DNA of 33,576 nucleotides, taken from positions 1 through 33,576 of the forward strand of contig JYFJ02004362.1 in assembly GCA_000934665.2 (NCBI GenBank). The letters run 5' to 3'. Shown piece after piece: positions 24,039 through 33,576 of this stretch (positions are counted from its first letter, which is position 1; every line of letters starts with the position of its first letter). Both the position numbers and the translations under genes were made by a program. This stretch comes from Catajapyx aquilonaris. Lineage: Eukaryota. The notes under the pieces are model-generated. The model searched no databases and had not been told where the DNA came from. It saw only the letters and a list, made by a program, of their open reading frames with translations.

Positions 24039-24144
24039 CTGTATGTGCCTGGTCTGGAACTCCATATCCTGAGCCGTAGTTGGCATGTGACGGAGAGGAT
24101 GAGGCAGAGGCCGAGGCTGATGGAGAACGTCCCAGGTAGCTCAT
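24039..24144 (-). CDS. RAI1: RAI1/TCF20-like protein, first coding exon (MSYLGRSPSAS...DQAHT); exon acceptor at 24227
   Basis: Acceptor cctgatttcag|, ATG at 24144. Phase-1 donor ACAG|gtgaac matches the phase of the next exon. Confidence 0.7.
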
Positions 24145-25040
24145 TGCTACAGCCAATAGTGGTCAGCTGTGATAGGGCTGCCCTGAATGTTGAGATGATG
24201 GTCAGCCAGGGTGGGATAGGTGAAAACCTGAAATCAGGTTGTATATAAATGAAGGTGTAAAACTGACAGGAACAAGCTAGAAATTGATTGTAGTTCCTGC
24301 AGGGAACTGTTCAGGGGTCAGCAGGAATAGTAAGTGAAATGTTAATGCATTTGCCTGAACTAGTTCTTCATAAGGCCATGACACAGATTGTTATTTTGAA
24401 CTTTGCATTGGAATATTGCTATACAATTTGTTGTCATCTCATCAATTGGAATAATGTCCACCAGTTTTACTTCAGAGGCATGCCTATTCTAAGCTAAATC
24501 CAGTGGGCCAGCCTGGGTCCACTCCTGGACTTGCATCCTACCTCCTGTTGACCTTCCCTTCCACACTGAGTCACTGACACAGGCCATGAAATGCAAAATT
24601 TGTGTTATCTCCCAAACAGTGACCCACAAACCACCCCATGAATATTTCTCCGGAATCCACACAGATACGAGAGACACGCCGACAGCATGCAGCCGTTCAT
24701 CCCTTCCCTCACCAGCCTCGCACTCGCTCGGTGTCTCTTCTTCTCCCGATTTCCATTCATTCATTTCCCCCCCCCTCCCTCCCCCCCGATGTCACCTCTC
24801 AGCCTCTCTCCTCCCGAACCTGCACCATTATCAATTACCTAATTTCAATAGTGTTCGGGGAAGGTCCTTTCCCCCTGCTGCTTGATTTCGCTCTTTTTCC
24901 CTACCCCCCCTCCTTCTGCTCTCTATTCCCCCCCTGCCCACCACCGATGGGATGTATTCGATGAGGGACTCGTCTTCTTCTTCCTTCCCGTGGACGGTAG
25001 TTTCCCGGCGCCGAGTGGAGGTGGCGCTGTGCCCACCTAC

Positions 25041-26493
25041 CCCGCACGCCCGCCCGAGGATTGTAGGGAAGCGAGCTACAGCCAGGCAGCCGGGGGTGTA
25101 TATACGAGGGGGGAGAAACTGCAACAAAGGGTCGCTCTCTCTCTCTCTCCCTATACCTCCTCCCCCCCTTGCCCTCCACCCAGCCAACCACCCACCCACC
25201 CACCGGGCTTCCCCTCCCACCACATGCGCCCACCGACGCAGCAACAGAGGGGCCAAGAGACGGCCAGAGAGCAAGCCTGGGGAAGCTGCAAGCTCGACCT
25301 ACACGCTTCTGCTCATGATCATTACACCGTACACTCTCATCGGATTTTGACACACAAATGCGTGTCGAGGGAGATTGCGACAGACAACGATAGATGGCGC
25401 TGGATCGTGTTTTTTTTTTTTTTTTTTGCAAAAATGATGATATCGTATTTTTTGCGCGCAGTTACGGTCGTGACGTAATCCAAATATACTTCGTGGCCCG
25501 GCAATGCGCGCTGAGTGAAATCATCATTTTTGCGATGTTAGGTTTCATCACTTTTGGTTTCATGCGAAATTATTTCGTATTCGCATCAATTGGCACATCA
25601 ATTAACTCGAATTGGCTCGAATAATTTGATAGCTCATTAGAGTAAAATCCAGCGCCAGTATTTTGCATACATTAGAGAGGAAAGCAACTGGTACATCGAT
25701 CTCTCAGCTGACTTCTGCAGTAGGGCAAATTCGCAAACCACATCCGGAGATTCAGGGCAACGGAGCCCTTTCAGCCAATCAGGGAAATCAGATTGCATGA
25801 CGTCATCCAAAGCGCGTATTCGATTTATCTCTTTTGCACGATTTCGCCCATATTCCTGCATTTCCTGTTAACCGACAGAGAGAGGCTCACCAATGAATGT
25901 CTAGCACCGTCCTAGACACGGTCTAGGTATCGCCAGCAGCTATAGCAGAAGAACATTGATTTGTATTTAACACAGTGCCAACAGTATTGCTAGCCATTAT
26001 TCGGATATGCCAGAAAAGTGCACTGGAAGAATTTGTCGTCCCCCCCATGCTGCATAGTGATTAGTGGTACATATTTCTTGATGATCATCTCTCTATCGTC
26101 TATCCCTGTCTATCAATTACCATACGACAGATAAGGAAAGGTGGGAGGATAATGCATGGGAAGAGCACATTGAATCCGCGCCTTGTGTAGGTCCATGGTT
26201 GATGTCATGCTCGTTCAAGCTCCTGATTGGTTGAGATGCGAATTTGCGTGCAAAAGCAGCTAGGCGTCCTTACGCTGCATTCCCAGGCTGTTCAATTTTG
26301 CACACATGCAGAATGACTTGCTTTAGTATTGTTTTTCCCTCCATGATATGCAGGCAAATGGAGCGTGATATTGATCAGTTGAATTGAATTGAAGTGGATT
26401 TCAAGTGGCCCACCCTTTTGCAGAGAGGGGGTGGGAGTGGGGGGAATGGGGAGGGGGGAACCACAGAAGCAGAAGAAACAACATAATTCCAAG
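25041..26493. promoter_or_regulatory. Divergent promoter region between the RAI1-like gene and GET4
   Basis: CpG-rich. Minus-strand donor GGG|gtaggt at 25040 suggests a non-coding first exon. CCAAT boxes near 25775 and 26225, TGACGTCA at about 25798, TAGATGGCGC at 25391. Confidence 0.6.
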
Positions 26494-26711
26494 ATGGCGT
26501 CCAACAGGAATGGAGGCGAGGTTCCAGCTGGTGTTGGTGGGGCATCCCTGGTGGATCCAGGGAGCGGGCAGAGGACCGCTGGGGGAGAGACGGCGACGGG
26601 GAGGAGAGGCGGAGGCCCCGGGGCGGCCCGAGTGCTGGCCAAGCTGAAGGAGGCACAGGCGCAGGGGCAGTTTTATGAGGCCCACCAAATGTATCGGACC
26701 ATTTACTTCAG
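26494..26711 (+). CDS. GET4: Golgi to ER traffic protein 4, exon 1
   Basis: Start context aagATGG. Translation ...RVLAKLKEAQAQGQFYEAHQMYRTIYFR carries the GET4 signature YEAHQMYRT. Donor AG|gtctgt. Confidence 0.93.
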
Positions 26712-27304
26712 GTCTGTTGGGAAACCAGTGCTTGTCTTTTCGCAAGCACACCTTGTGCTGCCTTGTGTACTGGCTCATGAAGGAATTGAAGTGATTATTC
26801 ATGCTGGAGGGTCATAGATTGCATGCAACTCCTGCATATTTTACCAAGAGGTGATACTACCAGTAGCCTACTTGGCAACCTAAGATCATATTCTATATCT
26901 ACAGGATCAGTTCTGTAGTATGATTGACTAGTACTCAGCAACCTTGCACAGAGTCACCAAAGTATGGCAAATAAAATGCTTGGACGAGAAATGGTCTAGA
27001 ACTCGAGATGAGCTTAACTTGCATTGCGTCAGGTATATTCCATGCTTGGTGTCATGACCGTATGTAATGTAACTGTAGATTCTACATACATTCTTCATGG
27101 GTGATGGGATATAGAGTGCATTGTTTCAGTACGATCTGGAAGTTGCATGGATCACGTCATGCTTGAGCAGGCTTCCACCTATCACTCATGAGAATATTGT
27201 CATAATTCTGGGCTTTTTTCAGTGATATACATACATACCTGTATTTTTTAACTATAAGCAACACAATTAAGAAATTCAAGACATTCACATACTTACATCC
27301 TCAG

Positions 27305-27778
27305 GTACCTATCCCAGAATCGTCATGAGGAACTTCAAGAGCTCCTCTATGATGGAGCCCTGACATTTCTTCAAAATGGACAAGCATCAAGTGGTGGGGA
27401 CCTTTCTGTTCTCATGGTGGATGTCTTGCAGCAGGGGAAGGCCATCCCCAATGAGCACTATTTTGAACGCCTATCGCAGCTGTTCTCCTTAATGGCTCGC
27501 GAATCCCCAGAGAGGCAGACCTTCCTTGGTGCTGCCCTGAAGTGGTCGTCCTCACAAACCATCACCCCACAAAACAAACCTCCGCCCCCTCTTGGACACC
27601 CTCAACTACACCGTCTCCTTGGATTGGTCTTGTGGAAGGAGAAGAGCTACCCGGAAGCTAGGTTTCACTTGTTGCATGCAGCAGATGGACACTCCTGTGC
27701 CAAGCTCCTTGTTGAATTTCACACACAGAAGGGTTACCCTTCAGAGGTTGACCTCTTCATTGTTCGTGCTGTTCTGCA
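27305..27778 (+). CDS. GET4: GET4 exon 2
   Basis: Acceptor cctcag|G. Translation YLSQNRHEELQELLYDGA...SGGDL...ALKWS...GHPQLH...EARFHLLH...GYPSEVDLFIVRAVL. Donor CA|gtaagt. Confidence 0.94.
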
Positions 27779-28309
27779 GTAAGTTCTTGTAATATATGGG
27801 TTAATGCATTTCTGCACTGCCACCTTACCAACATGGGAAGCAAGTGGTTGTGTGCAACTGAAATGTGGAGAGGAGCCTTGCAATGTTAATCAAGCGATAT
27901 GAATAATACAAGTTAAAGTGGGAGTCATTATTTTTGTCAAACGAGAGGGAGAGTTATTGGAACGCATTGTATGTTGTTTCTAATAAGTTACAACATGAAT
28001 GTAAAGACTGTATTTTAGACTTCTTAAAAAGAGTTGTTGTCACAATGTGATCTGGCAACACACTTTCGAGCATGACGGGGAGAATTTTCTTACTTCATCT
28101 TCAAGAAGACATAGTCCTATTGATCACCGTAACCTGGATTCTCTCTGTCAGGTGTCAACTATAATAGACATGTACAGTACCACTAGACATGTGAGAGAGG
28201 AAGAGGCAAATGCTTTGTTGATTTAAATGTGAGCGTACCTCATGCAGTGCCATTTTACTTCTGACAATTACGTAAGATTATATGACTGATATTTCACTAC
28301 CACATGGAG

Positions 28310-28501
28310 CAGTGGTTTCCAACCTGGGGGTCGCGGGCAGGGTTGTGGGGGGTCGCGAGCCTTTGTTAAACTTTTTTTTTTTTTTTGCAATTTCTGTGTA
28401 AATTGAACCATTTTTGCGGTCGTACAGAGTGTATGTTTTCTGGAAATGGGGCAGTNGGGGGGGGAAGGGGGTCGCAGTTGGTAAAAGGTTGGAAACCACT
28501 G
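28310..28501. mobile_element. hAT (Charlie-like) MITE in GET4 intron 2
   Basis: Perfect 16-bp TIR CAGTGGTTTCCAACCT. 8-bp TSD ACATGGAG/ACATAGAG matches at 7/8. Confidence 0.88.
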
Positions 28502-28635
28502 ACATAGAGGTTACGGTATGCTTGTATTAACAGATTTAGAATTCCATTAATGCACTCCACATTACTACAGGACTACTTGTGTAACAGCTGGTGTAGTGAA
28601 AAAAGCACTATAATGTTGTCACAATGTAAGTAGTA

Positions 28636-29325
28636 CCGTATTACCTATCATTAAGCGGCATGCCTGTCTAGTCGAGGTTGACCAGTTTTTAGAAATGCAT
28701 CATCTGGTGTCTATACTTGCATGCCGGTATAAGGTGAGGTTTTCACATAATTTACATTATCCTTTCTGAACTTGACATAAATTATGCCTGAAAATCGAAA
28801 TGCACGTAAAGGCTATCGATAAGGCACATTTTCCTAATAGGGTACCCGTACTATATATTATTTTCAATTGCAGTGTCTGGCAATAATCTCTATTTAAACA
28901 GTGTGTTGGAGCAGGTGGTTCCCCTGTCAAAGCAGGGTGACGATAGGATTGGTCACACACGCTACATATTTTATATGCACTCTGCTGCCATCAGATGAAA
29001 GAAAGAAAGAGTTACTCAAAAACTAGTAAGGGTGAAAGTTGCATGCATGCGACTTTCACCCTGACTCGTTTTTGAGTTGAGGTCTTCTTTCATCTGATGG
29101 CAGTGTGCAACAAAACTTGCATATTCTCACAGCCGGTACACTCGCCCATTTTCATTGTAACATTATTTTAGTATGGTACCAGAAGCATTCCAAAAAATTT
29201 GGCAAGGATCAAAATTACGGAAATCTACCTCGGTTATTGCGGCATGCCGGCCACCCCCGGGTTATACTGGCGTGCTGGTCGACCTCCTTTTATACCGTCA
29301 TGCCTCTTTATGAGAGGTAATATGG
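28636..29325. mobile_element. pogo/Tigger-like (TA|CCGTA) non-autonomous element
   Basis: Termini TA|CCGTATTACCT... and ...AGGTAATATGG|TA. About 50 bp of degenerate inverted termini. Confidence 0.7.
28985..29103. repeat. About 120-bp palindrome nested in the pogo-like element
   Basis: ctgccatcagatgaaagaa...actcaaaaac...gggtgaaagttgcatg|catgcgactttcaccc...gtttttgagt...ttctttcatctgatggcag, with no loop. Confidence 0.85.
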
Positions 29326-29975
29326 TAAATGAATGCCGCAAGGCTGTTTCACAAATTTGGCAGATAGATATGAAGTGGGTGGGAAATAGTTTGGCAAGAC
29401 ACGGATGGAATTGCAGGACCATAGCAATCCCATCTCCAAGAAAGCATATTCTGATTAACAGTTGTGACCCCTTTGATGCTGGGTCCCTGCCTATTTTCCA
29501 TCTGCCCAAAGCTCAGCCCAAAGTCCATGGAATTTGACTTTTGTGAACCCACCCTGTTCAGCCACCACGTTTGCAGCAAAAACATGAAATTTGTGAATTC
29601 CCACCATTAGTCGCATTCCGCACTTTAAACATACATTCCTTCCCCTGCCTTGCTTTCTCCTGACTTTGTGAAACACCTTTTATACCACATGCACCAAAGA
29701 GTACACCATTTAAAACAAATGCAGTATAGCTAGGCCACACCCCATTTTCCTTGCACTGGAATATGTAAATGCAGTCTTACACTGGAGTTGGATCAGGGCT
29801 ACACCAGCCCATAAACAAATGGACCTACTAATGAAACAGTCTGCAAAGATAGATGATTATTAGGCAGTGCTTCTCTGTATTATTAGATTGCAGTATACAG
29901 TGTATGAGTGTGCTTTTAAGTTACACCTACCTTATCATGACAGTTATGCCAGTTATTGGTCTCTATGCTGTTTAG

Positions 29976-30119
29976 CTTGCTGTGCCTGCAGGAGAAGGGG
30001 GCTGCCAGCTCAGCATTCAAAGGTTACACTTCTCAGCACCCTGGAATTCGGAGAGTTGGACCACCTTTTCTTCTGCCCCTGCTCAACTTCATCTGGTGCT
30101 TGTTACAGGCCATTGAAAG
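29976..30119 (+). CDS. GET4: GET4 exon 3
   Basis: Acceptor tttag|C. Translation LLCLQEK...YTSQHPGI...GPPFLLPLLNFIWCLL. Donor AG|gtactt. Confidence 0.92.
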
Positions 30120-30868
30120 GTACTTATTTTTGGGACCTTCTTCATATGGCGTTGAAACTTTTGGCATTGTTAAACGTCTTAAGGGCTGTCTATTCCAAGA
30201 TTACAGTGGCTGTTTGTCTATTACCATGCTTATGGCCAAACAGCCACTGAATTTGTATTAGATAGCCCATGTGAATTTATAATATTCATCTAGAAGCCCC
30301 TTGCCTGTGATGGCTTAGGTCAATAAGTTTTATATTTTAAGTAAAGAACTTTAAAATCTAGTTTGTCATGCCGTCATGAGTGAGGGCCAGTTTGACCAGC
30401 ACTTCGCAAGTGCAGTATTTCACAGCTATCTTCCCAGTCGTAGGGAGCTTCTAATCCAGGTCCTTGAACTTGGCCAACCCAGTTACGAATTTCAAAGTTT
30501 CAAAGGTTCTAACCTTTTCTTCTCATTTGTTCCAAAATATGGTGATTTGTTCGGAATTTGTCTATTGCTTGTGGTATTCTGTATACATCCTTTTCATGTC
30601 ATTTACGAGGAATTTTTAAAGTCGTGAATGAACTTTTAAAACGCTGTTGGTACGCTTTTACGAACTTCTTGCAGAGGATTTTGCAAATGAAACCACCAAT
30701 CACCTATGTCTGAAACTTCGTGCAAGCAGCTGTAAGTCAAGTATAGCATTGCTTTTTATAGAAACTGGGAAGTTCATTCTATACAATGAAGATAATGGAA
30801 GAAACAAAATAGGCTGAAACTGGAGATGAAGTGTAGCTGCTTATGTGATTCCTTACCCTTCAATGCAG

Positions 30869-31023
30869 CAGGCAGATGACTGCCTTTGCAGTACTTCTGG
30901 AGCAGTACCAGGGGGCCCTTCAGCGTGACCCAGCGTACATTACTTATTTGGAACGCATTGGAGAGATTTTCTTTGGCCTTCCCCCAGCAAACTCATCTGG
31001 ACCAGGGGCTCCTGGGATTTTAG
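30869..31023 (+). CDS. GET4: GET4 exon 4 (NAGNAG acceptor)
   Basis: Translation RQMTAFAVLLEQYQGALQRDPAYITYLERIGEIFFGLPP. Donor TTAG|gttgga. Confidence 0.92.
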
Positions 31024-31428
31024 GTTGGAAGTATTTTTATTTATTTGGGATCCCCCTTGAGACCAATTGGTCAATGCAGGGGGAGGAGATCGTCTCCATT
31101 TTTCTAACTTTACAATCTCACCGGTGCAGGGACAGGGAAGGGATAGGGAGGGAGGAACAAAGGTGCAGTGCATTGTCCTGTGGTTGGAAGTATTATTAAT
31201 GGAGTCTAGTGGGAGGTATATCCTGTTCAGGCTCCTAAAGCAACACTGACCCATAACTCCTACACAAATACGATAACTGAGGGCGTAAAAGACACTTGTG
31301 AAGGTGTGACATCGTCATGTCTGGCATATGAAAGTTTCTCAGGGACGATGTTCCAAATGCATAAAGATTGCACCCTTGCTAGCATATTTTTGCCGTCAGT
31401 TATGTTTGGGTTGGGATAGTGGAATTAA

Positions 31429-31538
31429 GGGCCAGTTTTGATAAAACCCCGGTTCTTTCGGAAAATGCCTATTCTATTTGCAGTGACTTTCCAAAAGAAC
31501 CGGTGTTTTATCAAAACCAGGCTTGGTGAAACCGGCCC
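31429..31538. mobile_element. PIF/Harbinger-type MITE in GET4 intron 4
   Basis: TAA|GGGCC...GGCCC|TAA, giving a 3-bp TWA TSD. Internal 30-bp near-perfect inverted repeat. Confidence 0.8.
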
Positions 31539-31768
31539 TAAGGCAGACAATAACCTTGAGGTGAGGATGGGTGAAGCCTTCAGCTACTTTGTATCATTAC
31601 TGAGAAGGATGTGTGAGAAACGAATAATGGTGTATGTATTCAGACTGGTTGATGGAACTAAAGATAAGTGCACATGTTTTATCATCTAAAATCTCTACCA
31701 TTCTCGATCTACTCTTGTTGAATGGGTGATACCAATACAGTACTAATCATACCATAATATTCCTCTAG

Positions 31769-31962
31769 GTGATATTCTGCAAGCATTTGCTGGTGGGCTG
31801 GAGGACTCAGACACAGAAAGTGAAGAAAGTGGTGGAGGAGGGACGGCAGCAAGAGGGAGCAGGAGTGGACCACAGTCTGCAGCATCTTTGTTGGGTTCTC
31901 TTTTTGGAGGAGGTGGCAGTGGACGTACGCAACGACAATTGCAGTCAGATGAATTGGACTAA
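31769..31962 (+). CDS. GET4: GET4 exon 5, ending in DELD*
   Basis: Acceptor cctctag|GT is in phase 1. Acidic, Gly-rich tail ends in ELD as in other GET4 proteins. Spliced CDS is 1185 nt. Confidence 0.88.
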
Positions 31963-31989
31963 TATTTTTTGTGAGAGGGTGTGGGGTCC

Positions 31990-31995
31990 TTTATT
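31990..31995 (-). terminator. Candidate polyadenylation signal of SHMT
   Basis: AATAAA on the minus strand (tttatt), 68 nt after the SHMT stop codon. Confidence 0.6.
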
Positions 31996-32020
31996 TTGGT
32001 TTTCCACTACCTTGGCAGTA

Positions 32021-32026
32021 AATAAA
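32021..32026 (+). terminator. Candidate polyadenylation signal of GET4
   Basis: AATAAA 58 nt after the GET4 stop codon. Confidence 0.6.
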
Positions 32027-32063
32027 ATGTGCTATTAAGCCCCAACTGTTTAATGAACCATGG

Positions 32064-32695
32064 TTAGTAGTTTGGCTTCCCTGGCAATGGGAATGTGAGT
32101 GCAAAAGTTTCAACCTTATTCTTCAGTGCATCCAGCTCCTCCTTGATGGCAGCATCTTCATGCAAGACGCGCTTGAAATCCACCAACTTTGGTCCCGATA
32201 CTTTCTGAACCTTCTGGGCTAGCTGGATCCCACAGTGGATGAAATCAACGACAACATCCATGTCCTTCTCATCAAATCCCCTGGTGGTAAGAGCTGGTGT
32301 TCCCAGACGTACACCAGAAGGATTCAACGCAGACTTATCTCCAGGAACAGTGTTCTTGTTGCAAGCAATAGACATCTCCTCAAGCACCAACTCAGCTTTT
32401 GTGCCAGTGACCTTTGCAGGCCGAAGGTCAAGAAGCAATAAGTGATTGTCAGTGCCTCCTGTGGCCACAGCATATCCATGTCCCTCTAACCCTTTGCAGA
32501 GTCGCTGGGCGTTGGCAACAACCTGACGCTGATACTTGTGAAATTCTGGGCTGGCAGCAAGACGCATGGCCACAGCTACTGCAGCAATAGCATTGTTGTG
32601 TGGACCACCCTGCAGGCCAGGGAAAACTGAAGCATTGATGCGGGACTCCAAGTCATACATGGTTTTGTTTCCCTTTGCATCAACGCTGCGCACAC
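32064..32695 (-). CDS. SHMT: Serine hydroxymethyltransferase, terminal coding exon; upstream exons lie beyond the right edge
   Basis: Acceptor ttattccag|GT. Contains the motifs [48 protein letters not shown] and the C-terminal FPLPG. Confidence 0.96.
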
Positions 32696-33576
32696 CTGGA
32701 ATAAGTGAAAACTCTTATTAGAGTTGCATCTGGAGTTGGGCTGTGTGAGGTCATATTAAAGAATCACTTGATCTGTACAGTACATGTTCGTGGTAATACA
32801 GTGCCAATAATTGTCCCAGAACAACTACATCGTTATTTTCTCCTTGGACTTGTCTTTTCTCTCAGAACTGAGAAAAGTTAATATGCATGGAGAATTATGC
32901 AAATATAAAAATAAAGGGTGGAAGCAGTACCTTTGCATTACACTGGTACTGCTAAGTTAAAAGTAATTAGTAGTAAGACGAAAATTCCACCCAACGGTTT
33001 AAGGTTTCACAACTGATAGAAAACTCATGTCGTCACTTGCTTGCATCTCTTTTAGAATAAAGGAATTGGCTTACAACTTTTGCAAATGATGCATGATGAA
33101 CTTTGGCCTGTTTTGTACAAACCATGCAACTCAACTTGATGCTTATGAAACACTTTGTGTATGAATGGCTTAAGGAAGAGGTCAGATGGGTATTAGTTCA
33201 CATCTGACAAGGTTGCCTGATATAACGGGACCTCAGTTAATCACTAGGCTGAGGTCATCTGGAATGGCATCAGTTGATGATCATGGTCATATCTACAGTT
33301 TTATGCACTGACTTGTAAGAGTCGAGTATGTTGTAAATTGGCATCTTCCACATGATAAAATCTGGACTTGATGGAACCTATTTAATGTAGGTTATTATGA
33401 CTATTTAGGAGGCTCTTTGTAATTGGAATTGTGGATGATTCTGAAGGATGATTCAACGAAGTCGGTCCTACAGATTTTCAGCCTTAAAAATTACAAGCCT
33501 ATCCTCATATTTTTGAACCAGAAACCCAAACTCCTAAATATAGTTGCATCACATCCCATTGGAAGCACCCCCCCCC

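Noticed and set aside
24831..25478. Overlapping 130-200 aa ORFs on both strands
   Set aside because: GC-rich promoter and 5' UTR sequence with no recognisable protein.

Overview
Gene-dense, intron-containing metazoan DNA, probably from an invertebrate or arthropod: gene bodies are CpG-poor, promoters are CpG-rich, and MITEs are plentiful. Five housekeeping genes could be reconstructed with in-phase GT-AG junctions. They are MFSD11 (minus, 3' end runs off the left edge), SRSF2/SC35 (plus, 3 coding exons, about 264 aa), a RAI1/TCF20-like ePHD protein (minus, 6 coding exons, about 890 aa), GET4 (plus, 5 exons, about 394 aa) and the last exon of SHMT (minus). They form two divergent pairs and two convergent junctions. 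Introns hold several identifiable non-autonomous elements: a mariner-type fold-back, pogo-like, hAT, P-like and Harbinger MITEs, and a tRNA-Gly-derived SINE. The most notable observations are: (1) a candidate unproductive-splicing autoregulation module in the SRSF2 3' UTR; (2) the head-to-head MFSD11-SRSF2 arrangement also found in human; (3) a duplicated RD/RE mixed-charge insert in the SRSF2 RS domain; (4) overlapping GET4/SHMT 3' ends; (5) long intronic hairpins. All calls were made by eye without database searches.
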